A DNA stretch of 64,000 bases from a virus (Duplodnaviria; Heunggongvirae; Uroviricota; Caudoviricetes). The notes below the pieces were generated by a model, which did not search any database, was not told where the DNA came from, and saw nothing but the letters and a program-made list of their open reading frames with translations. Both the position numbers and the translations under genes were made by a program. Numbering within the stretch: position 1 is the stretch's first letter; each line of letters opens with the position of its first letter. Positions 51,002 to 59,613 of this stretch are shown here, one piece after another. The stretch lies in the IMG/VR virus record IMGVR_UViG_3300020451_002055. One strand, 5' to 3'.

Positions 51002-51370
51002 TTACGAGACATTACCGCTGAGGTCGTAGCCTGCCGCACTGCTAAGGTCAGCCCATGCCTGAGGGACGGTAACGCCCTCAGAGGTCAGGTACGCGCTGAC
51101 AGTCGTGAAACCTCCTCGGTTCAAGACGTGGTTGTTGAGGCGGCGGACCGCCGACAAGAAGCTAACAGGAGAGCGGAACAAGTCCGTATTGATCTGATAG
51201 CTGTTAAAGAATTCTGTTAGAAGGTCTACTTCTGGTTCGACTACATCAAGCTGAACGATCGTGTAAACTGCCTCGAATAGGTAGCTTACCGATGAAAGAA
51301 CAGCAGTTCGAGCATTTGCGTAGCTCGTAGCAATCGAAACATAGTCTGCTCCGCTGATTACTGTTGCCAT
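51002..51370 (-). CDS. Hypothetical protein, probably virion-associated
   Basis: 122 aa with GAGGAG SD, immediately upstream of the tube gene. Confidence 0.65.
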   Translation of the reverse strand: MATVISGADYVSIATSYANARTAVLSSVSYLFEAVYTIVQLDVVEPEVDLLTEFFNSYQINTDLFRSPVSFLSAVRRLNNHVLNRGGFTTVSAYLTSEGVTVPQAWADLSSAAGYDLSGNVS

Positions 51371-51420
51371 AGTGCCTGTCTCCTCAAGTTCCCAAGAATG
51401 GACTGTTGATTCACTTATAC

Positions 51421-51443
51421 GGAGGACTATACCAAAGTCCTCC
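51421..51443. promoter_or_regulatory. Intergenic stem-loop (8-bp perfect stem, 7-nt loop)
   Basis: GGAGGACT-ataccaa-AGTCCTCC in the leader of the 122-aa/tube genes. No U-tract, so a processing or stabilising role is more likely than a terminator. Confidence 0.45.
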
Positions 51444-51527
51444 CTCTATACGGTCGCCGTTCCTCAGTTCGGCTTTCATTCACTTCCGAAGAGGTAGGCT
51501 AAAGTCCTTCTATGGAACATGAGAAAA

Positions 51528-52697
51528 TCAAAAAGTGTCAACTGCGATTGAGGTCGCTGAGGAGACCGTTTTGCCAACAATCCGGTTGAAGGACTTGAGG
51601 AAATCCTGCTGCCGGTATGACGAGGCTATCTGTCGAGCCTTGTCGGATAGGTTTTTGAGGGCTTTAGGCTCTTGCTGAGCCCATTCATACAGTTCAAACA
51701 TCTGCCTAGAAAGTCCTTCTATGGAGATGACAGAAAATTCTTCTTCGTTCGCTCCGATGTAGGTCTCATGAGAAACAAAGAGCCTCTCATCCCCAAGCTG
51801 CTCGATTATTTCTTTGGACCGTCCAAACTTCATACCGATTGGGATGCAACCGCAAGCCATCGCCTCAAGCATTGACAAACACGAAGCGCTCTTGACAGAA
51901 GGCTCGACGTAGAAAGTATGAGAGGAGTATACATCCCTCATTTCCTCATCGCTAATGGACTCCTTGACCGAGACATACTGACTTGGAAGAGAGACGTTTG
52001 AAGCTCCGTAGCGATCTAGTAGCAAATCCATGTCATAATCGCCCGGATCGTAGAGGTTCGTATGCAGATAGCCCTCTGCATCGATATCAGACATTGCCTT
52101 GATAAAGGCCCCTAGATTTGTTGATTGTGCGTTCTTGCAGGAAGTCATGAATGAAAGACTTCTCTCAGTATCCGATTCCTCAAAGAAAACATCGGAGGGA
52201 CCAAAGTCGATCTGCTTGATTTCAGCATTAATGAATGACCTCAAAGCCTCGTCTCCGAAGTCGCTTGTCGATACAACGTAGTCCGCATACTCAAGCTGCT
52301 GCTTGTGATTTTCATTGATCGGAAGACAATCTATGGTCAGGACGGCAATCCATTTGAACAGGTTGGGGATCATCGCTTTGATTTCCCAAATGAAATCCGT
52401 CTCTTTGTAGTCGCCAATGCTGATGACGACATCCGGTTGGACTTTCTTCATTAGCTCGTAGAGAGGAGCGGACCCCTGAGCATGAGGCTCGATCGGGTAA
52501 ACCTCTGCAAGCTTTCGCTCATCCTTTTCATACCAATGGGCTCCGCCTTCTTCGGGCAAAAAGAATCCCTCGTCGTGATGCCAAGCTGCGGTTGAGACCT
52601 GATGTCTCTCGTCAACTAGGGATTCGATCATGGCCGCATTGATGCGACCGTTTCTTACGAGTAGGTACGGCGATGCGCTAACTGTAAGTATCTTCAT
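51528..52697 (-). CDS. Glycosyltransferase, GT-B fold (divergent GT4-like)
   Basis: 'MKILTVSASP', 'QPDVVISIGD', 'YVEPSVKSASCLSMLEAMACGCIPI'. Start taken at MKILTV. Confidence 0.8.
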   Translation of the reverse strand: MKILTVSASPYLLVRNGRINAAMIESLVDERHQVSTAAWHHDEGFFLPEEGGAHWYEKDERKLAEVYPIEPHAQGSAPLYELMKKVQPDVVISIGDYKETDFIWEIKAMIPNLFKWIAVLTIDCLPINENHKQQLEYADYVVSTSDFGDEALRSFINAEIKQIDFGPSDVFFEESDTERSLSFMTSCKNAQSTNLGAFIKAMSDIDAEGYLHTNLYDPGDYDMDLLLDRYGASNVSLPSQYVSVKESISDEEMRDVYSSHTFYVEPSVKSASCLSMLEAMACGCIPIGMKFGRSKEIIEQLGDERLFVSHETYIGANEEEFSVISIEGLSRQMFELYEWAQQEPKALKNLSDKARQIASSYRQQDFLKSFNRIVGKTVSSATSIAVDTF

Positions 52698-52718
52698 ACA
52701 ACTATCCTCGACCAAATA

Positions 52719-53630
52719 TCAGGTAAGCTGCGGATCTTTCCATCCGCCAGTTTCCTGAATCTCCTGCTCCCAAGCAAACCATTCGATCGTTGATGCGTGG
52801 AGTAGAGAGCCCTTATGGATATGACCGTAGTTGATACTTGCGGGCCATGAGTTGTAGATAAATCGATTGAGACCGATGATCTTGGTTTCGTCATCGGTAG
52901 AATAGGAATTACTGAAAGGCATATGCAACTGAAGCGTAGTTGCATCAACAATGCATTTGATTGCGCTCTCTTCGGAACGATGTAGATTCTCGATAAGAAC
53001 GCTCTGATTCTCTCTGTATATGCTGGTATCAGCGACCTTGATGAAGGTGTCTCGCTGAAGATAGTCCGCTGTTAGATTCGAAATATTGACCTTGCCAACA
53101 AGAGGAAAGATGTTGTTCTTCAGTCCTTGTTCAACGGCCTCTGTAATCTTCAGCAGAGTTCGGTAGGCCCTCTCGTTGGATTCCTGCTTGACGTAGATCG
53201 TGATCTGCAGATTGTAGGCTTCCTTGGTGCTTCCGATAGTCAACCATTCGGATTGCCTGTTCTCTCCCATGATCGAAATAGCCGGAAACTTGGCTATGAC
53301 ATCGGGCTCGCCAATAAAAATGCCCTCAAAGAACTGACTATCAAACGTTTTGCGTATGACTGTTTGATCAGAAACCTTCCACTGTCGAGAACCTCGGACC
53401 GGCTCTCTTAGCCTGATTCTGTTGTTGTCGAGAATCTCATCGACATAGAGACGAGGCTGATGCCCGTTGTTGTCATACTGAACAAGAGCAAGCTGATCGC
53501 CCTCAACCCATCTCTTTGTTGATTCTACAGTCAGAATGTCATCGCCCGGATTTGCATCCGTAATCAGAGGGGTCTGAGTGTTGACCCATCTGTAAACGAT
53601 TCTCCGAACTGATTCAAGAACATCAAGCAT
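52719..53630 (-). CDS. Putative tail terminator/completion protein with two inserted beta-domains
   Basis: 303 aa. 'IFIGEPDVIAKFPAISIM...YNLQITIYVK...LLKITEAVEQGL' core; position between connector and tube. Confidence 0.6.
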   Translation of the reverse strand: MLDVLESVRRIVYRWVNTQTPLITDANPGDDILTVESTKRWVEGDQLALVQYDNNGHQPRLYVDEILDNNRIRLREPVRGSRQWKVSDQTVIRKTFDSQFFEGIFIGEPDVIAKFPAISIMGENRQSEWLTIGSTKEAYNLQITIYVKQESNERAYRTLLKITEAVEQGLKNNIFPLVGKVNISNLTADYLQRDTFIKVADTSIYRENQSVLIENLHRSEESAIKCIVDATTLQLHMPFSNSYSTDDETKIIGLNRFIYNSWPASINYGHIHKGSLLHASTIEWFAWEQEIQETGGWKDPQLT

Positions 53631-53632
53631 AG

Positions 53633-53878
53633 TTAGATTCTATCAAGCAAGTCATCTACCAGATCATCGACAAACTCTTCTATATCTCCGTCTGATATAT
53701 CGACAGGCTGCCCTTTCTTATAGCTTCGTACTCTGGCATCTCTAATCGCCTCTTGCTTAGTCTGAAACACCTTATTGAAGTTGGAAGACATGATTTCCTT
53801 GGGATCAATAGTCTGACCGTCAAGAGAGTTGAGCCTGCGAAAAGCGGCTATCATTGAACCCCAGTCTTGCTTTTCCAT
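53633..53878 (-). CDS. Hypothetical protein
   Basis: 81 aa, TGATG-coupled to the upstream gene. Confidence 0.6.
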   Translation of the reverse strand: MEKQDWGSMIAAFRRLNSLDGQTIDPKEIMSSNFNKVFQTKQEAIRDARVRSYKKGQPVDISDGDIEEFVDDLVDDLLDRI

Positions 53879-54612
53879 CAGTCAAAGTCATCCAGATTGC
53901 GGCTGGCATCGTTCTCAACAGAGGGTAGACGGTAGCGATCTCTAAGAGTTGGATTCAAGAATCTATGACCGATTCTCTGCTGACCATGAAGAACAGTTCT
54001 GCCATGTAGAATGTTGTTCAGATCGCCTCTAGCCATCTTCCTGAGATGCTTGCCATAATCGCTGACGTTAGGCGATACCTCTGCAGTGAAATACTTGTCA
54101 AAGATGTTCGCAGCAGCAAGCCTCGTAGATATGAGGGTAATAGCAGTAGGATACTTGACTCTCATAACTCTTGTATTATCAGCATCGTAAAAACCAAGAA
54201 GCGTGCCCTCTAGCTCAACCATTGTATTGTTGACAACCGTATCAACGATATGTCTTTCTTCTTGCGTATCATCAACGAAGATAAGGACATCACCCGGATT
54301 TAGGTTCCTAGCCTTGTTCAGGTCGATATCGTCGGAATAGACCCCAATATCATGAAGAAGATGCATCTGTAGGTCGGCCTTCTCGCAGAAGGGGACCGCA
54401 TACATCTCGCTCAAAGCTCCATCGATCTCTTCGTCTGCCCAAAGAATGTATTGGTCAACAAGAGACGGAGGTATGGCGTTCGGACGAGTTGAGTTACTGA
54501 TCTCGTACAAAGGCACGAAAGAATCATCTCCGGCGTCCTCGGTATTGTTGGTCGCCGTAGTTAGAGCCTGATTCAGAACTCGTTCTACTTCTTGCCTTGT
54601 GCAGTAACCCAT
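53878..54612 (-). CDS. Head-tail connector, Mu gp36/DUF1320-like, with an inserted beta-domain
   Basis: 'MGYCT...YILWADEEIDGALSEMYAVPF...PTAITLISTRLAAANIF...DLNNILHG'. Confidence 0.75.
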   Translation of the reverse strand: MGYCTRQEVERVLNQALTTATNNTEDAGDDSFVPLYEISNSTRPNAIPPSLVDQYILWADEEIDGALSEMYAVPFCEKADLQMHLLHDIGVYSDDIDLNKARNLNPGDVLIFVDDTQEERHIVDTVVNNTMVELEGTLLGFYDADNTRVMRVKYPTAITLISTRLAAANIFDKYFTAEVSPNVSDYGKHLRKMARGDLNNILHGRTVLHGQQRIGHRFLNPTLRDRYRLPSVENDASRNLDDFD

Positions 54613-54616
54613 TTAG

Positions 54617-55717
54617 TTAGCCCTCGTTGTTCTCCTCAGCTTTCGGCTCAGGAGCAGGTTCTTCCTTCTTCGGCTCTGCCTGCTTCGCCTTAGCAGCCTT
54701 ATTCATAGCGACGTTAGCAGAGACGTACAAACCTTCGACAACAGCCGTTCTTGGGCTCTTTGCGTGCCTGACCTCTCTAACCTCAAAAGGTAGATTGAGA
54801 TCATTGATCACCTTCTGAACCTTGCCGCAGAAACCATTCGGCATCGAGGTTCCACCTGCTACGACTACATCGAGGGGAACCTCGAAAGTTGTCTTCTCTG
54901 CCGCGAACTTCTTGGCAAAGTGAGAAAAGACGTAGCGGATTAGCTGATCGTAGTATGCATCAAGAGCAAACTGAACATCGTCGTCATAGTCTATATTGTC
55001 GAAGTCGAGCTTCTTTTCCTTGGTAGCAATGACTTGCGAAATAGGAACCCCGGTCTGCTCAGAAACCTGCTGATCAACCCAGTCGCCCGATCTAGCAACA
55101 GACATACCTACAACCGGAAGACCCCGGTAGCAGAGAACGCAGTTAGCTCGGCCTGCCCCAAAGCTAAGGCCGATACCGCTATACGCTACCTCGTCTCCAT
55201 TCTCAACAACCGTAGGACGCTCGGAAAGAACTACCGCATGCCCTTCCTCGATAATCTTGACATTCCATCCAAGCCTCTTGTAGAGAGCCTCAAGACGCTG
55301 CCTATGGAAGACGCTATCCTGAGAACCATCAACCGATTCTGAAGAGACGCACGAGCAAATCCAAGAGTTATCATCCGGAGCCTTGCCAATCGAAGACTCG
55401 ATGATCTCAGCAAGAACAATCAGCTTCTTGTCTTCGTTCTTGTTCAGAACACCGTCTGCCATCGGACGACGAACCTCAACCTTGCCCGGCAGGATGTTGG
55501 CAACCTGAATAGCGTCATCGCCAATGACGTAGTAGACATCTCCATCCTTGATGTATTGCCAATCGTTGCGGGCAAGAATGTCATCGACGCCTTCGGTATC
55601 TGCTAGTTCTACGAATGCATTGCGGACGTTCGTAAAGGTCAGACCCTCTTGGCCTTCCTTCTTCTCCGCGACTTGAAAAAACATGGTACCCGGGTCACTA
55701 CCAACGGCCTTAGACAT
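54617..55717 (-). CDS. Actin-fold ATPase resembling the volactin family
   Basis: Phosphate-1 'VGSDPGT', 'RNAFVE', 'YVIGDDA', 'RRPMADG', connect-1 'IEEGHAV', phosphate-2 'GLSFGAG', 'ARSGDWVD', adenosine 'VVVAGGTSMPNGF', connect-2 'AVVEG'. Confidence 0.88.
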   Translation of the reverse strand: MSKAVGSDPGTMFFQVAEKKEGQEGLTFTNVRNAFVELADTEGVDDILARNDWQYIKDGDVYYVIGDDAIQVANILPGKVEVRRPMADGVLNKNEDKKLIVLAEIIESSIGKAPDDNSWICSCVSSESVDGSQDSVFHRQRLEALYKRLGWNVKIIEEGHAVVLSERPTVVENGDEVAYSGIGLSFGAGRANCVLCYRGLPVVGMSVARSGDWVDQQVSEQTGVPISQVIATKEKKLDFDNIDYDDDVQFALDAYYDQLIRYVFSHFAKKFAAEKTTFEVPLDVVVAGGTSMPNGFCGKVQKVINDLNLPFEVREVRHAKSPRTAVVEGLYVSANVAMNKAAKAKQAEPKKEEPAPEPKAEENNEG

Positions 55718-56441
55718 GGTTTATCTCCTCTTTTGATTCAAATGTTAGTTCTCTGACCTTGTGCTTCTTTCTATACTCATTTATGTGAGCCAAAGGCCTG
55801 TCAGCATAACTCTTCTTCTTGTAATCTTTGTCTACATACTGTCCAAAGTCAAACTTATACTCGTACTCAGCAACGGGGTTCTTCCCATTCAAAACTTTGC
55901 ATAGGCCAACGAGCGCATCGCTTGCGACAGCTATCTCATTTTTCTCAAGGTAGATAGACTTATTTCCAAACCTATCTTTCAGTTTAGAAATAAGAAACTC
56001 ATTATCCTCAACGCTGAAGCTGTCCGTGCAGAACATGATCCGTCTATAGTTGGGTCTGCTTTTTCTTCGATGTAGAGTTCCGTCTCCAAGATACCACCAA
56101 AGTAACATCTCATCAGATAGCTTGATATCTCTTGGAACTATCTTTGATCCTTGCGGATACCATCGATTATACTGAGTAGTCAAATATGAATCAACTCTTG
56201 ACCTCGCGGAGAACCTTTTGTAAGCCTTCTTGGTTCTCTTGTCAAGTTGATCTCTTTCGCTAATATCAGACCAATCTAAGCAATCCAAATGACTAACCAT
56301 AGCTTGCATAAAGCCTGCAAATTTGCAGTTCATACCCATTCTGGCTCTAGATGTCTCAGACGATCTTGAAAGATAGGCATCAGAGATCATAAGTCCATCA
56401 AATACGCATTGATTGATCTCGGACCCTACTGCTCTACTCAT
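55710..56441 (-). mobile_element. Free-standing double-motif LAGLIDADG homing endonuclease
   Basis: Motifs 'FDGLMISDAYL' and 'LLWWYLGDGT'; 'WYPQGSKIVP', 'FCTDSFS..DNEFL'; more AT-rich than the actin gene in spot counts. Confidence 0.88.
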
Positions 56442-56453
56442 AATCGTCTCTCC

Positions 56454-57044
56454 TTACAGCAAGTCTTCGAGTTCGCTGATGTTGGCATCTGCATCCGAAG
56501 ACTGCGTTTCTTCCTTGTGCTGAATCTTTGATCTTGCGCCTTTAGTTAGGCGATTGATTGACCTCTCATGGATATCGACCACTTTCTCATCTTCGACCTC
56601 ATATTCCTGAGACGGAGCCTCAGTAGCGGCTGTCGTCCCTCCGCCTCCTCCGGCAATGCCCCTCAAGGCCTCGATAGCTGCATTGAGTTTGCCTACGCTA
56701 TCCTCATCTAGGCCTTGTTGTCCCACATGCTTTTCGACCTGGTTGTTGAGACGTTCAACAAGTCTCTTCTCCATCTCTTGCATAGCCTTCATGATCTGCT
56801 CGGAGTTATCAGGAGCAGGCTTTTCCGGTTTTGACGGAGCAGCGGGTTCGGGAGTTCCGTAGGGGTTGTCCTTTCGGACAAGACGCAAGGCTCCTCGCTT
56901 GAGGGCTATTCGAAGATCAGAAGACTGCTCGACGACATATCTTGCGGCAAAGCGGTCGAGGTCTTCCCTTTTGCCTGGCCGGATAATCGCCCGTAGGTCT
57001 CCTAGGGCTATTTCGTGCCTGGTCATGTTTTCAACGATATACAC
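56454..57044 (-). CDS. Hypothetical protein (N-terminal globular domain, Pro linker, coiled coil, acidic C-terminal helix); candidate actin partner
   Basis: 196 aa; architecture read from the sequence; GGAGG SD. Confidence 0.7.
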   Translation of the reverse strand: MYIVENMTRHEIALGDLRAIIRPGKREDLDRFAARYVVEQSSDLRIALKRGALRLVRKDNPYGTPEPAAPSKPEKPAPDNSEQIMKAMQEMEKRLVERLNNQVEKHVGQQGLDEDSVGKLNAAIEALRGIAGGGGGTTAATEAPSQEYEVEDEKVVDIHERSINRLTKGARSKIQHKEETQSSDADANISELEDLL

Positions 57045-57046
57045 GA

Positions 57047-57247
57047 CTACCTCCCTCTGCGACGGCCAAGGGTAGTGGACTTGGGTAGTCCTTGGGGCTT
57101 CTCGCCCTCCTTAGAAACAGCTATGGAGTTCTCCTTGCTGCATTCAGGACATATCCAATACATCTTACCATCAGCAAAGTTGATCTCTACGACCGGCTCA
57201 TGCTCATGGTGCCTGCAGTGCTTACATACGCAAATGATCTTCATCAT
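57047..57247 (-). CDS. Small Zn-ribbon protein
   Basis: 66 aa; CKHC...CPEC. Confidence 0.7.
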   Translation of the reverse strand: MMKIICVCKHCRHHEHEPVVEINFADGKMYWICPECSKENSIAVSKEGEKPQGLPKSTTLGRRRGR

Positions 57248-59475
57248 AACTGAGCTAGCTTCTGTCTCATTTCATCTCGGATGGACTGCTTCATGACCAT
57301 CAAGTAGTCTACGCTGGCGAACTTGGACATCGAAGAAGCAAGTCGGCGAAGACCGTATACTCTCGAAACAGCCTTCTTGATAATACCGATCTGACGGAGA
57401 AGGTTGGCAGTTCTCGCATCGTCTCTATCGAGAATCTGACGATAATAGTCCTGAGCTTTACTAGAAACGTTGCTTCTTGTGGCTATCTCTGCCTCGATAT
57501 ACCCGTCTACCATGCTCTTTATTTGTTCATCGCTCATTTTAGCAATATCCTGTTTTGAGTATTGCCCAATAAAAGGATTCCCTTTATGAGGATTCCTGTC
57601 GCTTGGATCAATCAATCGAAGAGCCAGTTGTCTTCTTGCTTTGTCTCCTGCTTGAGAATTTTGAGACATCAATGCTCCAACTTGCTTGATGTTTTTATGA
57701 GTAGTGATCAGATCAAGATATGCCATGATAACATTCTTTGGGTACTTATCCGTAACCTCATCAGAGGTCAGATATTCTCCGATATGAGAAAGAATCTGAT
57801 CCATCTGAGCATGAAGTCGCTTGCTCTTTTTAAGCTGTTCTTGAACTTGTTTTCTGTAGCCAGGATCAGTCTTGAGTCTCGTTCGATCGATCTTGGTCTT
57901 GCCTAGCTGGTCGATATCTCTCAAGCCTGCCTGATAGGAGTCAGGATCAACATTAGCGCTATCATTAATCATGCCATCGATCCAGATGTTGAGCTTCTCA
58001 TCGAGAGGAAGCATCTTGGAGAAATCAATCGAGTCCCAAGTGTTTCCTTGCGATGGACGCATAACAACTCGACCGCCTTCATCTATCTTGAAGTTAGCCT
58101 TGCCCTTTCTCTCCAAATCCTTCAGCTTCTTGGGATCGGAAAAGGCATCAGAACTAACGAGTGAATCAATGATGTTCGCTGCCTGGTCCGGCCAGAACTC
58201 AGATGCCAACGTCTTCGCATACCACTCTCCGCCCGGAGCAAACTTGGGGTTCTTTTGAGCGATCTCATCTAGGATATGCTTACGAATGTCAGAGCCAAGA
58301 TACCGAAGAGTCTGGCCCATAGCCTGAAGGTCTCCCTTGTAGGCATCCATAATCGTTGCTCTTTGGTCTTGATTTAGCTGAGTAGAAGGGTCTTCGCCTC
58401 GAAGTTCATTGACTCTTCTATCCTCGGAATGCTGAAACTCAGCGCCGGTATCATCAACGGCGTTCTGATGAGCTTCATACTGGTCTTTCATAGCTTGAGA
58501 ACCAAGCTTGCTTGAAACCCAGTCCCATACTCGATCCTTTACTTGAGGGTCATCGTATGAAAGGATACTGGCTAGCGTATTGCTGATAGTATCGATGTCT
58601 TGGTAAAGCTGTTCGTAGTTGCCCTTGCTGTTATTGAGTTGTCCTCCGTCAATAATCTGCTGAACAGACTGAGGAAGAAGACCCAAGCTTGAGAGCCAAG
58701 ATGCGTTCTCAATGAAGAACTTGATACGGAAGTCTTGCTTCGACTGTCCCTTGGGGTCATATCCGCCCGGAACGCCTCTAAAGACTCTGCTCTGCAGAAC
58801 ATCAATGAAGTTCATTCCAGGGAACTTTGCGGTTAGCTGCTGAAAGCGGTTGTAAGCCTCGCTGTCTTCTGGATTCTCATGATCATCAGACACGTTGAGG
58901 TAGTTGTTATAGAAGATGTCAGCAAGCTCTTCTGAAGAGATGCCTGCTACCTCAGGCTGTTGCTCGTTCCAGAACTCATCACCGAAATCGCCCTGCTCAG
59001 ACATCTGACCGACGATGGACTCATACAGAGCCATGTTGTTTGGGTTCTCAGTAATCTGAGGCGGAAGCCCTTGATCTCCCTGATTGCGAACGAACTGTTC
59101 AATCTCATTCGCGGAAAGATCAGGATAAGGATTAGACACCTGCTGAGGAGAAGCCATGCCCGCAGGAACAGCGTTCTGCATCTCGCTGATGGTTTGAAAG
59201 AAGAGAGGATTGTCGATCCAGTCGCTCCGACCATCTCTTTCAAGAGCCAGTTCGAGATCGACATCATCCCTTGCGTAAGCTAGATTCTGATTCAGCCACG
59301 CGATCATGTCGTTCTTCAAGTTCTGTTGACGAGCTTGATCTAGCTGCTGATTGCCTCTGCTGCTATTAAAAGGCATACCCGGAGCCGGTTGGACAGCCAT
59401 TGGAGTAGGCTGCGGAACAGGCTGAGCTTCCTTCTTGATACCGATGCTTTTGAGTAGATTGCTAAAGAATGACAT
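57244..59475 (-). CDS. Large hypothetical helical protein (Gln/Asp-rich, amphipathic N-terminus)
   Basis: 743 aa; GAGGA SD; starts MSFFSNLLKSIGIKK. Confidence 0.75.
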   Translation of the reverse strand: MSFFSNLLKSIGIKKEAQPVPQPTPMAVQPAPGMPFNSSRGNQQLDQARQQNLKNDMIAWLNQNLAYARDDVDLELALERDGRSDWIDNPLFFQTISEMQNAVPAGMASPQQVSNPYPDLSANEIEQFVRNQGDQGLPPQITENPNNMALYESIVGQMSEQGDFGDEFWNEQQPEVAGISSEELADIFYNNYLNVSDDHENPEDSEAYNRFQQLTAKFPGMNFIDVLQSRVFRGVPGGYDPKGQSKQDFRIKFFIENASWLSSLGLLPQSVQQIIDGGQLNNSKGNYEQLYQDIDTISNTLASILSYDDPQVKDRVWDWVSSKLGSQAMKDQYEAHQNAVDDTGAEFQHSEDRRVNELRGEDPSTQLNQDQRATIMDAYKGDLQAMGQTLRYLGSDIRKHILDEIAQKNPKFAPGGEWYAKTLASEFWPDQAANIIDSLVSSDAFSDPKKLKDLERKGKANFKIDEGGRVVMRPSQGNTWDSIDFSKMLPLDEKLNIWIDGMINDSANVDPDSYQAGLRDIDQLGKTKIDRTRLKTDPGYRKQVQEQLKKSKRLHAQMDQILSHIGEYLTSDEVTDKYPKNVIMAYLDLITTHKNIKQVGALMSQNSQAGDKARRQLALRLIDPSDRNPHKGNPFIGQYSKQDIAKMSDEQIKSMVDGYIEAEIATRSNVSSKAQDYYRQILDRDDARTANLLRQIGIIKKAVSRVYGLRRLASSMSKFASVDYLMVMKQSIRDEMRQKLAQL

Positions 59476-59613
59476 GGGCTTCCTCTGAGGGCTTATGGAC
59501 TCTTCTGATAATCTTTTCGATCACTGCACGCCATAATCCTTGCCAAAATGTCAGCAAGGGTCGATAGCGTGTTTTTGTTACGACAGACTGATGCCATGCC
59601 TTCTTATCGGCAA

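Noticed and set aside
42701-54612. Chromosomal eCIS, tailocin or gene transfer agent instead of a phage
   Set aside because: No sheath or Afp-type genes; a head-tail connector, PhoH, an Acb1-like gene and a homing endonuclease favour a large phage.
55710-56441. Group I intron or intein hosting the LAGLIDADG ORF
   Set aside because: The ORF fills the whole interval, leaving no room for a ribozyme core; there are no intein C/S...HN ends; the actin has its own SD and intact start.
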